This document shows positions 40,076-49,675 of a stretch of 64,000 nucleotides of DNA, piece after piece. Location of the stretch: positions 129,747 to 193,746 of IMG/VR virus record IMGVR_UViG_3300022602_000029; one strand, written 5' to 3'. Each line of letters begins with the position of its first letter. Within the stretch, counting starts at the first letter, position 1. The notes below the pieces were generated by a model that made no database searches, was not told the origin of the DNA, and worked only from the letters and a program-made list of their open reading frames with translations. The translations under genes and the position numbers were made by a program. The stretch comes from a virus.

Positions 40076-40110
40076 AAAGGATACGCCTAAAAAACGTATC
40101 CTTTATCTTT
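40076..40110 (+). terminator. intrinsic terminator after csp
   Basis: aaaggatacg-9 nt loop-cgtatccttt followed by a T-rich tail. Confidence 0.7.
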
Positions 40111-40121
40111 GGCAGGAATTT

Positions 40122-40946
40122 ATGAAAACATTTAGAGATTATCTCAAAGAAGCAGAACAGGCAGCCGCCGCTGATGAGCCGCCAGAGAAAAAGACTAAAA
40201 CTAAAGTTCGTCCCGATACATCAGCGTTTGATAGAGCCTTCGCAGGACCTAGCCAAGATAATCCATTAGCGAATAGAGAACCAGAGCGCAGAAATCAAGA
40301 ACCAGAGGCGCCTAGAGATCCTAGAACCAATCAAAGTAGTAAAGTCAACACTAGAAATAAGACCTCTGGACTAAGCACACCTGGCATGTCCGCTAAACTA
40401 GCAGGTATGCGTGACATAGCACCACACCCAGATGATGTGCCTGCTAATCCAGAAGAACCTACTACGGATATAGCTCATAGAGTAGATCCAGATAACTTGC
40501 CATCAGTGGCAGGCCAGGCTCTACAAGCGGCCGGTGTAGTAAATCCAGAATGGCACAAGGTAGCTAATCTACCAGGTAACATGAAACGTGCTATACAGTC
40601 ATTAGGTCGCCATCTGTTTGGATCTATGACACGTACTAGGACAGAAGACATACAGATGATTGCCAACCTAGGCGGACAGGGACCTAACAGCACAGCTGAA
40701 GTCCGTGCCGTGGCTAACTGGATACGGGACAACGGAGATGATCTAGGTCCGGGCGATATCGATTTCGCGACCAGCATACCTGGATACAACGCAGAGATAC
40801 ATAACTATGTAGCCGCAGGAATACATTGGCTATTAGTAAGAGATGAGTTTGGACAGTATATATACAGCTGGCCAGAACAGGACAGCATAGGATACCAAGG
40901 GCAGGAAAGATTAGGTCGTCCAGAACAACGCAGATTAGGTAGGTAA
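40122..40946 (+). CDS. hypothetical protein, possible internal head protein
   Basis: N-terminus MKTFRDYLKE resembles T4 capsid-targeting sequences; disordered N-half. Confidence 0.6.
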   Translation: MKTFRDYLKEAEQAAAADEPPEKKTKTKVRPDTSAFDRAFAGPSQDNPLANREPERRNQEPEAPRDPRTNQSSKVNTRNKTSGLSTPGMSAKLAGMRDIAPHPDDVPANPEEPTTDIAHRVDPDNLPSVAGQALQAAGVVNPEWHKVANLPGNMKRAIQSLGRHLFGSMTRTRTEDIQMIANLGGQGPNSTAEVRAVANWIRDNGDDLGPGDIDFATSIPGYNAEIHNYVAAGIHWLLVRDEFGQYIYSWPEQDSIGYQGQERLGRPEQRRLGR

Positions 40947-40953
40947 ATAGATC

Positions 40954-41832
40954 ATGAGACCAGAACGATTAAGATTATTCGCACAGCTAGCAGAAGGACT
41001 GATGGAAGTTAGCTCTACTAGCGAAAAACTATGGAACCATCCAGGTGCCATACAGATAATGAAACATCTACATAGCGAGATGGAACTAGCACATGACACA
41101 GAGTGGGAAGACCTTCCACGTATATTCTGGAGCGAATTCAAAGATACACGCACAGGCAAGTGGGTGCTTATCAAAGGAACCAAAGGCACAGGTGCTATCA
41201 AATCACTAGGTAATGGCACTTATCTAGCCGTAGGTAGCAATGGTGCCCAGGTACAAAGCCAAGAAGAAACCAAAGGTGGTAGGGTAGAAGCTTTTCTCAA
41301 ACCTATCATAGGTAATCCTGGTGCTATGTTTAGTGCAGAACAAGGCACAGCGGTAAAAGATAAACAACAGGCCCGTGCTCGCAATGCTGTTCCGCCAGAA
41401 GGTCAACAGGTCAGTGCTGAGACCATAGTGAAGAAATTCAAACCCATGTGGAAGAAAGCCATAGAGCATGCCATATCTGACATGCGAGGATTCGTCGTGA
41501 TCCAAGTCAAGAATGGAGCTTTTGAGAAAGCACAGAGAAAACTGAAACAGCTAATGGCATTACGTGCTCTAGATGATTCACTGGACGAAGGAGATGAAGC
41601 ACCAGAATTAATAAAGAAGGCTGTAGGTAGTGCTATAACTCTAGCAGCCGGGCATTTCTATCCCGAAGAGACAGGTGAGATAACAAGGGGATACGGTGGT
41701 TATGGTGGCACATATGGTTTAAGAGCAGAGAATCCAGAAGGTGTTAAAATGCTATTAGCAGACCTAAGCAACGGAGATACTACCAAGATGGGAGTGATCC
41801 TAGGATTTTTTAAGAGGAGCCTCTTACAATGA
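40954..41832 (+). CDS. hypothetical protein
   Basis: 292-aa ORF; TAAATA 4 nt upstream of the ATG. Confidence 0.7.
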   Translation: MRPERLRLFAQLAEGLMEVSSTSEKLWNHPGAIQIMKHLHSEMELAHDTEWEDLPRIFWSEFKDTRTGKWVLIKGTKGTGAIKSLGNGTYLAVGSNGAQVQSQEETKGGRVEAFLKPIIGNPGAMFSAEQGTAVKDKQQARARNAVPPEGQQVSAETIVKKFKPMWKKAIEHAISDMRGFVVIQVKNGAFEKAQRKLKQLMALRALDDSLDEGDEAPELIKKAVGSAITLAAGHFYPEETGEITRGYGGYGGTYGLRAENPEGVKMLLADLSNGDTTKMGVILGFFKRSLLQ

Positions 41833-42887
41833 AACTAAGCCAAGTAATGGCGGAAGCAAACGCCGCAGTCAAAGTATTAAGAGATCCCAAGCGGGTCGAG
41901 AAACTAGCCCTCGCCTTCAGACACGATCACAGCGTTCCACATAATGCGGTAGCTAAACTAGGATCGAAACCAACTGATGAAGACATAGTTAAATTATGGA
42001 GTTCACTTTTAGATCAAAGTTTAGACCTCAGCAGAAAGAGCCCCACTAAACCTAATCTATCAGCTGATGGTAGGTTCGATGATTGGTTGACTAAATTATA
42101 TATTAATGGTGCTGTGGATTTCGAAGACATAAGTGGAGAAGGCGGAGACGCATTGTGGAAATGGTTAACCCTATCTAGAGGTCGTGTATTAAAACCACAG
42201 GACCAAGACTTCAATAGATTTGAGAGCATCCAACAACTTAGTAATAGGATGAATAGTGGGTATTACAGAGGCGCCCTTGAACGCCTTAAGAACCAAGGCG
42301 AAATACAGAAGCTTAAGAAGTTCGCCAAGATGATCACCGTATATAAAGACGATAGGTTTACCTGTATAATTCCCTTAAACTATGGAGCTACCGCTGTGTT
42401 CAATAACGCAGAAGGATTCCAGGCTAACTTCTGCACAGGTGGCAGCAGTGGAATAACCTGGTTTAGACGATACGCACCGGATGGTATCATAGTCTGCGTA
42501 TTGGATGCCAAAAATGTAGATACTAAAAACGGTAAATGGCAATTCCATGCCCCTACACGCCAGATAGTTAACGCCCAACAGGACGATAGGGGGGATGTCA
42601 GCGGCAATGATCAAAGGTTTGCTGAACTGTTTCCAGGACTAATGAAGAAAATCATAGCAGGCATAGAAGCCAAGGCAGATGAGATAAAACAGGCCAGCGA
42701 TACTGTAGACAATGGATTTACTGATGCTCGCGATAGGCCAAGCAAACTAGTCGATGGTGGATATGATATACCTAGAGAAATACAGAGGATAGAACGCACC
42801 TTTCCTATCAGCACAGCTTCTACCGAACCAGGTGCAGGCAGATTACCGGGAACACGAGAACAGCCAGGCGGAGAAGAGCTAAGATAA
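41829..42887 (+). CDS. hypothetical protein
   Basis: 352-aa ORF; NFCTG...WFRRY...KWQFH segment. Confidence 0.7.
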   Translation: MKLSQVMAEANAAVKVLRDPKRVEKLALAFRHDHSVPHNAVAKLGSKPTDEDIVKLWSSLLDQSLDLSRKSPTKPNLSADGRFDDWLTKLYINGAVDFEDISGEGGDALWKWLTLSRGRVLKPQDQDFNRFESIQQLSNRMNSGYYRGALERLKNQGEIQKLKKFAKMITVYKDDRFTCIIPLNYGATAVFNNAEGFQANFCTGGSSGITWFRRYAPDGIIVCVLDAKNVDTKNGKWQFHAPTRQIVNAQQDDRGDVSGNDQRFAELFPGLMKKIIAGIEAKADEIKQASDTVDNGFTDARDRPSKLVDGGYDIPREIQRIERTFPISTASTEPGAGRLPGTREQPGGEELR

Positions 42888-42972
42888 CACGTACCTTAGG
42901 ACCGTGTGCCCGGCTGCTGGGCTATCATTAGAACCGCCATTCGGATGATAGAAGTGAGCTATAAATATTATT

Positions 42973-43398
42973 ATGAGATTATACCAAATACTAAAAGAAG
43001 ATCATAGAAAGATAAAGATGACCGGACTACAGCAGTTCGTTGATATCATGCGTGATTTCTTACCCTTGGCTATGGAAGAGCTTAAGATCAAAGAGCTACC
43101 TCACATACGCTTAGAAAAGTATATATCAGACTCATCACAGCCTACTTTTGGTAAATTTGTTCACACCGAGAATGTTATACATCTAGGAATAGAAAACAGG
43201 CATCCCCTCGATGTAATGAGAACTCTAGCACACGAGCTAACACATTTCAAACAAGGTAGAGAGAATAGGCTTAACGATACTAGCGGACAAACAGGTAGCC
43301 CCATAGAAAACGAAGCCCACGAAGTCGCAGGTATCATCATGCGTAACTTTGGTAAACGCTATCCTCATTACTTCACAGACGATCCTATCATACTATAG
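42973..43398 (+). CDS. putative HExxH zinc metallopeptidase
   Basis: RTLAHELTHFKQ...ENEAH; TATAAATA 5 nt upstream. Confidence 0.7.
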   Translation: MRLYQILKEDHRKIKMTGLQQFVDIMRDFLPLAMEELKIKELPHIRLEKYISDSSQPTFGKFVHTENVIHLGIENRHPLDVMRTLAHELTHFKQGRENRLNDTSGQTGSPIENEAHEVAGIIMRNFGKRYPHYFTDDPIIL

Positions 43399-43402
43399 TC
43401 GT

Positions 43403-43429
43403 AAAAAAAGGACTGTATCTCTACAGTCC
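43403..43429 (-). terminator. intrinsic terminator of the leftward cassette
   Basis: on the minus strand ggactgta-GAGA-tacagtcc followed by TTTTTTT. Confidence 0.85.
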
Positions 43430-43451
43430 CCAGTGGCTCTATGAGCAAGGT

Positions 43452-43718
43452 TTATTTCTTGGTATTGCCATTTACAAAACTATACATTTTCTCTGCTGTT
43501 TCTAAGATTGTTTCTAATCCGGGAAATGTTGGCATAGACACAGTTGTTTTTAACTGTCCGTCTTTGTCTTTTTCAGCAGTCATCTGCCATCCTGCAAATT
43601 TAGTCTGAAAATCTTCTGTTACATAGTCCTTGGCCATTCCTAGAATATCTGCGCGGATCTCGTAACCGTTCTTGTTGAATTTAACTTCTGGTAATTTTGG
43701 TGTTTCAAATGTTGACAT
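43452..43718 (-). CDS. small hypothetical protein
   Basis: 88 aa with strong aaggag RBS, upstream TAAATA (43774-43779) and downstream terminator. Confidence 0.8.
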   Translation of the reverse strand: MSTFETPKLPEVKFNKNGYEIRADILGMAKDYVTEDFQTKFAGWQMTAEKDKDGQLKTTVSMPTFPGLETILETAEKMYSFVNGNTKK

Positions 43719-43790
43719 GTTTTTCTCCTTGTGTGTTAATGTCTGTGTATAAACAGCAACTTCGCTGTCTATGTATTTAGTATACAGTTA

Positions 43791-44348
43791 TTAGGCCAGT
43801 AAAGCAAATGGTCTGGTTATTCTCTTAGTGAGATAATCAGCCATACCTAGATTATTTTCAGCTACTTCATTCACATAGGTCATAGGAGTAGCTATAGGTA
43901 ACTTTATCTCTGCTAGAGTCTCTCCTGAACAGTTTTCCATAGTAATACCGTATTTCTTACAGAGATGCTTGATCCTAGTGTTGCTGGTCAAACAAACCAT
44001 AGAACCTTTTAATATATGATGTGTACGACAATATTGTATACAACGTTTCATGAGTAGATTTCCTAAGCCCTGTCCTTGATAGTCTTCTAGGACGCTGAAT
44101 GCCAGTTCCATCTCTCCCTCTAAGGCTATATGCCCTACCGCTATAAACTCTAAACTATCATTCTCTATAGCAAAGAGAACATGCTGATCACTACAGGTTT
44201 CAAACTTATCACAAAGTGTGTCGATGACTTGATCGCTAACTGGAATGCCAAAGCGAAGTATCTTAGATTCTGTGCCAAGAAGTTTAAGGTGCGAGCGATA
44301 CTTAGGATATTCATGAGGCAATACCCTACGAACTGTTTGATAAGACAT
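43791..44348 (-). CDS. GNAT-family acetyltransferase
   Basis: ELAFSVLEDYQGQGLGNLLM (motif A, QxxGxG). Confidence 0.85.
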   Translation of the reverse strand: MSYQTVRRVLPHEYPKYRSHLKLLGTESKILRFGIPVSDQVIDTLCDKFETCSDQHVLFAIENDSLEFIAVGHIALEGEMELAFSVLEDYQGQGLGNLLMKRCIQYCRTHHILKGSMVCLTSNTRIKHLCKKYGITMENCSGETLAEIKLPIATPMTYVNEVAENNLGMADYLTKRITRPFALLA

Positions 44349-44349
44349 A

Positions 44350-44451
44350 TTATCTTGTTAGTGTTAGGTAAACAAGTATAGCTACAACTGATAGTATAGC
44401 AAATTTTGGACCGTATTCTCGTTCTTCCCATTTTTTAATCAGCTTGGCCAT
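44350..44451 (-). CDS. 33-aa single-TM peptide (not in track)
   Basis: MAKLIKKWEEREYGPKFAILSVVAILVYLTLTR; ends one base before the GNAT ATG. Confidence 0.6.
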   Translation of the reverse strand: MAKLIKKWEEREYGPKFAILSVVAILVYLTLTR

Positions 44452-44453
44452 GA

Positions 44454-44549
44454 TCAGCTGCCTCGAGTGCCTTTGATGATCATTTCAGCTTTTGCCATGC
44501 GTGCGGCAACTACAGCTTCCATTAAATTTTTAAAAAAACGTTTAATCAT
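44454..44549 (-). CDS. 31-aa amphipathic peptide (not in track)
   Basis: MIKRFFKNLMEAVVAARMAKAEMIIKGTRGS; TAATG-coupled to the upstream ORF. Confidence 0.6.
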   Translation of the reverse strand: MIKRFFKNLMEAVVAARMAKAEMIIKGTRGS

Positions 44550-44710
44550 TATACATTCCCCCAAACGTTGCCGCGACGTTGATCATAGTAACGGGCCCAG
44601 TGCTCTACTTCTGCGCCATTTGTAGGACGCTTACTAGCAATAAATGCTTCTAGCCCACTTTGTGGACGAATTTCAAAAAACTTGATAAGTTTTGTTAATA
44701 GTTTTGACAT
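44549..44710 (-). CDS. 53-aa protein, possibly DUF3563-like (not in track)
   Basis: MSKLLTKLIKFFEIRPQSGLEAFIASKRPTNGAEVEHWARYYDQRRGNVWGNV; RBS aaggag, TATAAATA at 44757-44764. Confidence 0.7.
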   Translation of the reverse strand: MSKLLTKLIKFFEIRPQSGLEAFIASKRPTNGAEVEHWARYYDQRRGNVWGNV

Positions 44711-44865
44711 TTTGTGTCTCCTTTTGATGTGTGTCTATTAGTGTTTTCACTAATAGTATTTATACTAGTATATGTGCGACCGCACAAGAATACAAGGTTT
44801 TATTAATCCAAATATTTTATTATAATAGCGATACACGAAACCATAAATACCAAAAGGGATAAAAA

Positions 44866-45168
44866 GTGCAAAGAAAAACCCGTAGCCTGTTAGAAGAACT
44901 CAATGACATCTCGATCAAGAAAGATCAAGAAGCTTTTATTGAAGCCCGTGCAGGTCATGTTATAGACAGTGCTATAAATCTGTTGACCTTGATTAGAGAA
45001 AACTTTAGCCCTGATGAAGCCTACGAGCTAGAACGTAGATTGATCAATAGCATCAAGGGATCTGATCCCGCCAAGTTTACCCGAGGAATCCGTAAGCTAC
45101 GCGACAGCAAAGAAACTGCTAAACATCTCACATTGATAGAGGGTGATGTTAAACCCGAAGAAAACTAA
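44866..45168 (+). CDS. hypothetical helical protein
   Basis: GTG start, TAAATA at 44844. Confidence 0.7.
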   Translation: MQRKTRSLLEELNDISIKKDQEAFIEARAGHVIDSAINLLTLIRENFSPDEAYELERRLINSIKGSDPAKFTRGIRKLRDSKETAKHLTLIEGDVKPEEN

Positions 45169-45253
45169 TACATTACGGGCTATTTTTTCCAAACTGGCTA
45201 AATAGTTGTACACCGACCTCGGAGCGAGGTCTATAAATTTAAGGAGAACTAAA

Positions 45254-45721
45254 ATGGGTGGAATTTCAAGAGTACATGGTGGCTTACTAGCACCAAAAAA
45301 CTTCGCAGGCGTTAATCTACAAGACTTCACACTAACTTTCTGGGTTGGCGATGCAGCCGTTGTATGGAGCGACTATACATATAATGGTGTCGTTAACACA
45401 GGCGCCAGTATCTATGCTACACAAGGTACAAGTCCAGGTGGCGCATTTGATCAGATCTTCCGTAATGCTACAGGCAATATCGGAACAGTTAGCCGTGTTG
45501 GTACACTACAAAGCACAAGCACATCAGCTACATTAAACTTCGCAGTTGAAGTACTAGGTTCTGACTATCTAAGCACAGGTACATTAGGTACAGGTAGCTC
45601 AGAAGATTCAACATATGCTTATGCTACAATCGCTGCCGCATTACAAGGTCGTATCCAAGCACTAGGAACAGTTAATAACGTTCACTTATCAAGTGCCACA
45701 GTTGCTAACTTTGTATATTAA
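45254..45721 (+). CDS. putative abundant virion structural protein (155 aa)
   Basis: strong taaggag RBS at the true ATG 45254, TAAATA at 45199, own terminator; A/G/T-rich composition. Confidence 0.6.
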   Translation: MGGISRVHGGLLAPKNFAGVNLQDFTLTFWVGDAAVVWSDYTYNGVVNTGASIYATQGTSPGGAFDQIFRNATGNIGTVSRVGTLQSTSTSATLNFAVEVLGSDYLSTGTLGTGSSEDSTYAYATIAAALQGRIQALGTVNNVHLSSATVANFVY

Positions 45722-45749
45722 TCGGTAACTAACAGTTTACTTACTGTAG

Positions 45750-45780
45750 AAAGGCATCTTTTTTAGATGCCTTTTTCTTT
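45750..45780 (+). terminator. intrinsic terminator
   Basis: aaaggcatct-ttttt-agatgccttt then ttcttt. Confidence 0.85.
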
Positions 45781-45808
45781 GGCCATAAATATCATAAAGT
45801 AGGTAGTT

Positions 45809-46234
45809 ATGGAAATAATAGAAATAAAAACACTGATCGATGTCACGAACACAAACAAAAGCCGGCCGAATCAAGGTAAAGCGCTTGAACATGATCAGTA
45901 TAGGAATTACACAACATTGATGCAGACGATAGGGCTACGGTGTATAATACAGTACGATAGCAATCCCACGGTAGAAAATCTAGACCTAAAGAATCAGGGA
46001 TTTGGATCTGCTTATAAAGGCAAACACAATATCTGGACATTTCGATTCCGTCCGGATCGCACGGGAGCTTTTGAAGAGAATGGCGATCCAGTAGGCCTAC
46101 TCAAGAATGATATGAACGAGATACCTATCATAGGAAAACTAACTGAGACGATAAATATTGATAAGGCTGTTTTTTACACATGTGAATCTCAGCATAAAAA
46201 TACAATCATCAAGGCAATCACAGGCAACTCTTAG
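45809..46234 (+). CDS. hypothetical protein
   Basis: 141-aa ORF, TAAATA at 45786. Confidence 0.65.
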   Translation: MEIIEIKTLIDVTNTNKSRPNQGKALEHDQYRNYTTLMQTIGLRCIIQYDSNPTVENLDLKNQGFGSAYKGKHNIWTFRFRPDRTGAFEENGDPVGLLKNDMNEIPIIGKLTETINIDKAVFYTCESQHKNTIIKAITGNS

Positions 46235-46270
46235 GCAACTATATAGCAGTAAAAACGTTTAAGGAGAGCC

Positions 46271-46633
46271 ATGATGGCTACAGCGACATTTAAAAAACCA
46301 CGAACTAGTATAGAAGCAGTACCGCAACTTGCGACCCTACCTGAGAGAGTAGCCGTGGTCGAAATTAAAGTCCAGACTATCGAAATAAAGATAGATGATC
46401 TTAAAGGTGATGTGAAGGAAATGCACGATTGCCTAGACAGGACTAGAGATGGTATCATGGAACAGTTGAAATCTATGAGTGACGAAGCTGAAAGAGCACA
46501 TCAAGCATTAGGAACTAAGATCAGTTCCCTAGAAAAATTCAAAGAAAAATGGACCTATATGGCTATCGGTGCCGCTGGCATACTAGGTTTCGCTAGTGGA
46601 CATTTAACAACTTTACTCAAAGCCCTAGCATGA
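46271..46633 (+). CDS. coiled-coil protein with C-terminal TM helix (holin-like architecture)
   Basis: heptad region followed by WTYMAIGAAGILGFASG; RBS aaggag. Confidence 0.5.
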   Translation: MMATATFKKPRTSIEAVPQLATLPERVAVVEIKVQTIEIKIDDLKGDVKEMHDCLDRTRDGIMEQLKSMSDEAERAHQALGTKISSLEKFKEKWTYMAIGAAGILGFASGHLTTLLKALA

Positions 46634-47334
46634 GAGCAAGAGAATTCGTAGTACAAGAACAGCGCACAGATGAGTTTATACAGGCTCTGGCTCCTATAGC
46701 CGCAAGAGGTGCGAAGATAGCAGGAGATGCGTTAGCTGCCGGAGCTAAGACAGCGGTCCAGGTCGGTGGCAAGGTAGCACAAACAGTCGGCAACGCTGTC
46801 TCTGGGACAGCAAAGACCGTAGGTAATCTAGCATCAAATAGGTCTCAAGATATAGTTTATGGAATATATGGCAACGCTCAAAATATAGGTCAAGGAATAA
46901 AAACTACAGCCCAACAGGCATCTGATGGTTACGAATCAGGACAACAGATGGGGCAGAAACTAGCTGGACAGATAACCCCTCAATCACAACAGCAACGTCA
47001 GAATACTGTCAATAAGATAGTTAGGGATCAAGGAAACAAACAGATCGGAGCTGTTAGGAACGATCTTAATAAAATAAAAAATCAAATACCGGATATGGAT
47101 GTGCAGAAAACTGTACAGGCATTGAAGGCTACGCAAGATGGTAAGAAACTGAATCCTGTCGATAACCAGAATCTTGCCGCTATAGGTAAAGAAGTCGCTA
47201 CCGCAGTGTTAGATGATCCTGCGGCAACTACTCGTTTAAATGCTATGCTTGGAAAAGGCAACGCAGAAAACGATAAAGAACAGCAAACACTCACCAACAA
47301 GATAGCTACAAACGGCCAAACAAGATCTCGGTAA
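46630..47334 (+). CDS. Gln/Ala/Gly-rich hypothetical protein
   Basis: MRAREF N-terminus, low complexity. Confidence 0.6.
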   Translation: MRAREFVVQEQRTDEFIQALAPIAARGAKIAGDALAAGAKTAVQVGGKVAQTVGNAVSGTAKTVGNLASNRSQDIVYGIYGNAQNIGQGIKTTAQQASDGYESGQQMGQKLAGQITPQSQQQRQNTVNKIVRDQGNKQIGAVRNDLNKIKNQIPDMDVQKTVQALKATQDGKKLNPVDNQNLAAIGKEVATAVLDDPAATTRLNAMLGKGNAENDKEQQTLTNKIATNGQTRSR

Positions 47335-47352
47335 AACACAATAAATATCAGT

Positions 47353-47568
47353 ATGAGAATACATCACATACTCGACGGCATATCTATTATCATCACTAAC
47401 GAAGAGCGCGGCTTTATGTCTAAGAACGACGACCGTAGCATCAACATAGAATCATTAGATGATCACGAACAATGGATAGCCCAAAACCTAGTACGCAAAG
47501 GTGTTTATACACTAAGTAAAGATAAGAAACATATCACTAGGATAGATAATGCTAGACAAAGTTTATAA
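47353..47568 (+). CDS. small hypothetical protein
   Basis: 71 aa; TAAATA 5 nt upstream. Confidence 0.65.
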   Translation: MRIHHILDGISIIITNEERGFMSKNDDRSINIESLDDHEQWIAQNLVRKGVYTLSKDKKHITRIDNARQSL

Positions 47569-48001
47569 AAAACTAGAGCCTCTCGCTAAAGGTATAGAGA
47601 AAAACCTTAGAAATAAAGGATTCGTCGTACCTACAGAAAACTCTGATGGCACCATCACTGTAGGCCGCTATACTATACAGAAAAAGCGTTCAGGATTTTA
47701 CAAGATATCAAATATCCTAGGAGAGACCATAGTTGATCATATAAACTTGCCCCAGACTGCGGCATTATTAGCAAATAATCTAGCCCTAGGACGCTGGGTA
47801 GATGATCGACTACTCACGCAGGATAGGCAATATGGGTATAATCTGTTTGAAGAGCAACAGGCCAAACGTATAATAGAAAATCACAAAGACTGGGATAAAG
47901 TCGATGTCATGCATACCAAGTTGGACATAGTGAGCAGGAAGAAGATATCAGCTAAACAAAGCATCATGTTTAGTTTTGAGAAACTGCGTAATGTGAGATA
48001 A
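47549..48001 (+). CDS. hypothetical protein
   Basis: 150-aa ORF overlapping the upstream gene. Confidence 0.65.
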   Translation: MLDKVYKKLEPLAKGIEKNLRNKGFVVPTENSDGTITVGRYTIQKKRSGFYKISNILGETIVDHINLPQTAALLANNLALGRWVDDRLLTQDRQYGYNLFEEQQAKRIIENHKDWDKVDVMHTKLDIVSRKKISAKQSIMFSFEKLRNVR

Positions 48002-48028
48002 ATATATTATCATTTTCTGGAACCTAGC

Positions 48029-49675
48029 ATGATTACATCAGATTTAAATAGTAAGTTATCGGCCGCCGCACTGAACGAAAACATGTTCAAAAAGTTTGGC
48101 ACTAAGATAAACTTTGACAAGTATACGAGAGAAGAACTTGAGAACTATCGTAACCTACTTCGAACCAATATACATCAAATAGAAACCACTAGTAACTTTA
48201 ACGATCTACTGAGCAATGAAGATTACCAGAAAGACAAATACATGGTAGGAGTCATCAATACCAAGATCAAAGAGATGCTAGGCGAAAGTAGACTGCTAGC
48301 AGAAAAAAGTAAGAGTCCAAAACAAGCAAGAACCATGGCCGCCGCCGCACATGATCCCGAATTCGCTAAGAAGGTAGGAATCAAACAGAGTGTCGCTAAG
48401 GAGTTTAACAAGGCCGACAAAGGCACCAAACAACTCAGCCATGCTATGAAGAAAAAGAAAACTAAAGAAAGTTACGAAGAAAAAGATCGCCCGGCAGTAG
48501 ATCGTAAGAATGAAAAAACACAAGGAAAGCCAAAACAATCTCCGAGTCCCGAAGAGCGTTTTAAAGATGTCGGCAGTAACAAGCCAGCATTTCTAAGAAA
48601 GAAACATATCCCCAAGGAAAGTATCATGAAAACAACAGAAGCTTCTAAGAAGAAAAAAGGCGATGGTAACCTAGCCAACAACTATCCTCCCTATGACAAA
48701 GTAACACGCGGTGATGTTATTGCCGGAGCTAAAGGTGAAGACCAAATGGGTGGCAAGAAGAAGACCAAAGAAGCCACAGCCAGCAAGTTTGATAAGAAAG
48801 AAGTTACTTGGACTGACAAGAGTGGCAAGAAGAATCCGGCCACACGCTATACACGTAAGAGTAGCACGTTCTCTAATGGCACAGATGATAAGAAAAAAGA
48901 AAAAGATGTAAAAGAACTTTTTGATTATTCCTCTGGACCAAACAAAGGTGGTAGAAGCAATCCTTCAAAAGACAAACTAGCACAACGTGGAGGCCGTAAT
49001 ACTCCAGCTGGAGATCCAACGGGATATAAAGCCATAGCTTCGGGTGAAGACAAAAAAGCCAAAGGCATGTATGGCATCAATGGACCAAAGGGTAAACTAC
49101 CTAAAGAGTCTATGAGAGAAGCACAGCAGATCTTCCGCAACCATGTTAAGATCGTTAACGAAAGTCTACGCACACTACTACGCGAAGACGAAGAAGGCAA
49201 AGCAAAAGCTATCACAGCGGCCAGTGATATGGTAAATGACTTTACAACATGGATGCAACGTGTTGGACAGTATCAGACTAAGAGCATGATAGAACTAGCA
49301 GATACTATCCGCGGTGAGTTTGGCCAGGCAGAAGCCGAAGCATTTAAATCTGCAGTGGCTCCGGCGCTACAGGCTACATTAGAAACTATGACACAACAAC
49401 GTGAAGCTATCAGCCACGCTGTAGCTGTCCTAGCTGGCGAAGCCACTGGTGAAGAAATGGGCGGAATGAGTGGCGGGGAAGTTCCTGACATGTCAGGTGG
49501 TGGTGCCGCTGATACCATGAATCCAGAAGTAGGTGGCGATGAGTTTGGCGCTAGTGATGCGGCAGCAGGCGGAATGGAGGCCAGTGGTCGTGAGCTACGT
49601 GAACAACATAGACTCGCACAGGTTAAACAAAAAATCGCTGAATCACAAGCTCTAATGGCCATACTTAGCAAATGA
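48029..49675 (+). CDS. charged modular protein, possible prohead core/internal protein
   Basis: 548 aa; Lys-rich modules separated by xKE(S/A) sites, acidic Gly-rich C-terminus; TAAATA at 47999. Confidence 0.6.
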   Translation: MITSDLNSKLSAAALNENMFKKFGTKINFDKYTREELENYRNLLRTNIHQIETTSNFNDLLSNEDYQKDKYMVGVINTKIKEMLGESRLLAEKSKSPKQARTMAAAAHDPEFAKKVGIKQSVAKEFNKADKGTKQLSHAMKKKKTKESYEEKDRPAVDRKNEKTQGKPKQSPSPEERFKDVGSNKPAFLRKKHIPKESIMKTTEASKKKKGDGNLANNYPPYDKVTRGDVIAGAKGEDQMGGKKKTKEATASKFDKKEVTWTDKSGKKNPATRYTRKSSTFSNGTDDKKKEKDVKELFDYSSGPNKGGRSNPSKDKLAQRGGRNTPAGDPTGYKAIASGEDKKAKGMYGINGPKGKLPKESMREAQQIFRNHVKIVNESLRTLLREDEEGKAKAITAASDMVNDFTTWMQRVGQYQTKSMIELADTIRGEFGQAEAEAFKSAVAPALQATLETMTQQREAISHAVAVLAGEATGEEMGGMSGGEVPDMSGGGAADTMNPEVGGDEFGASDAAAGGMEASGRELREQHRLAQVKQKIAESQALMAILSK

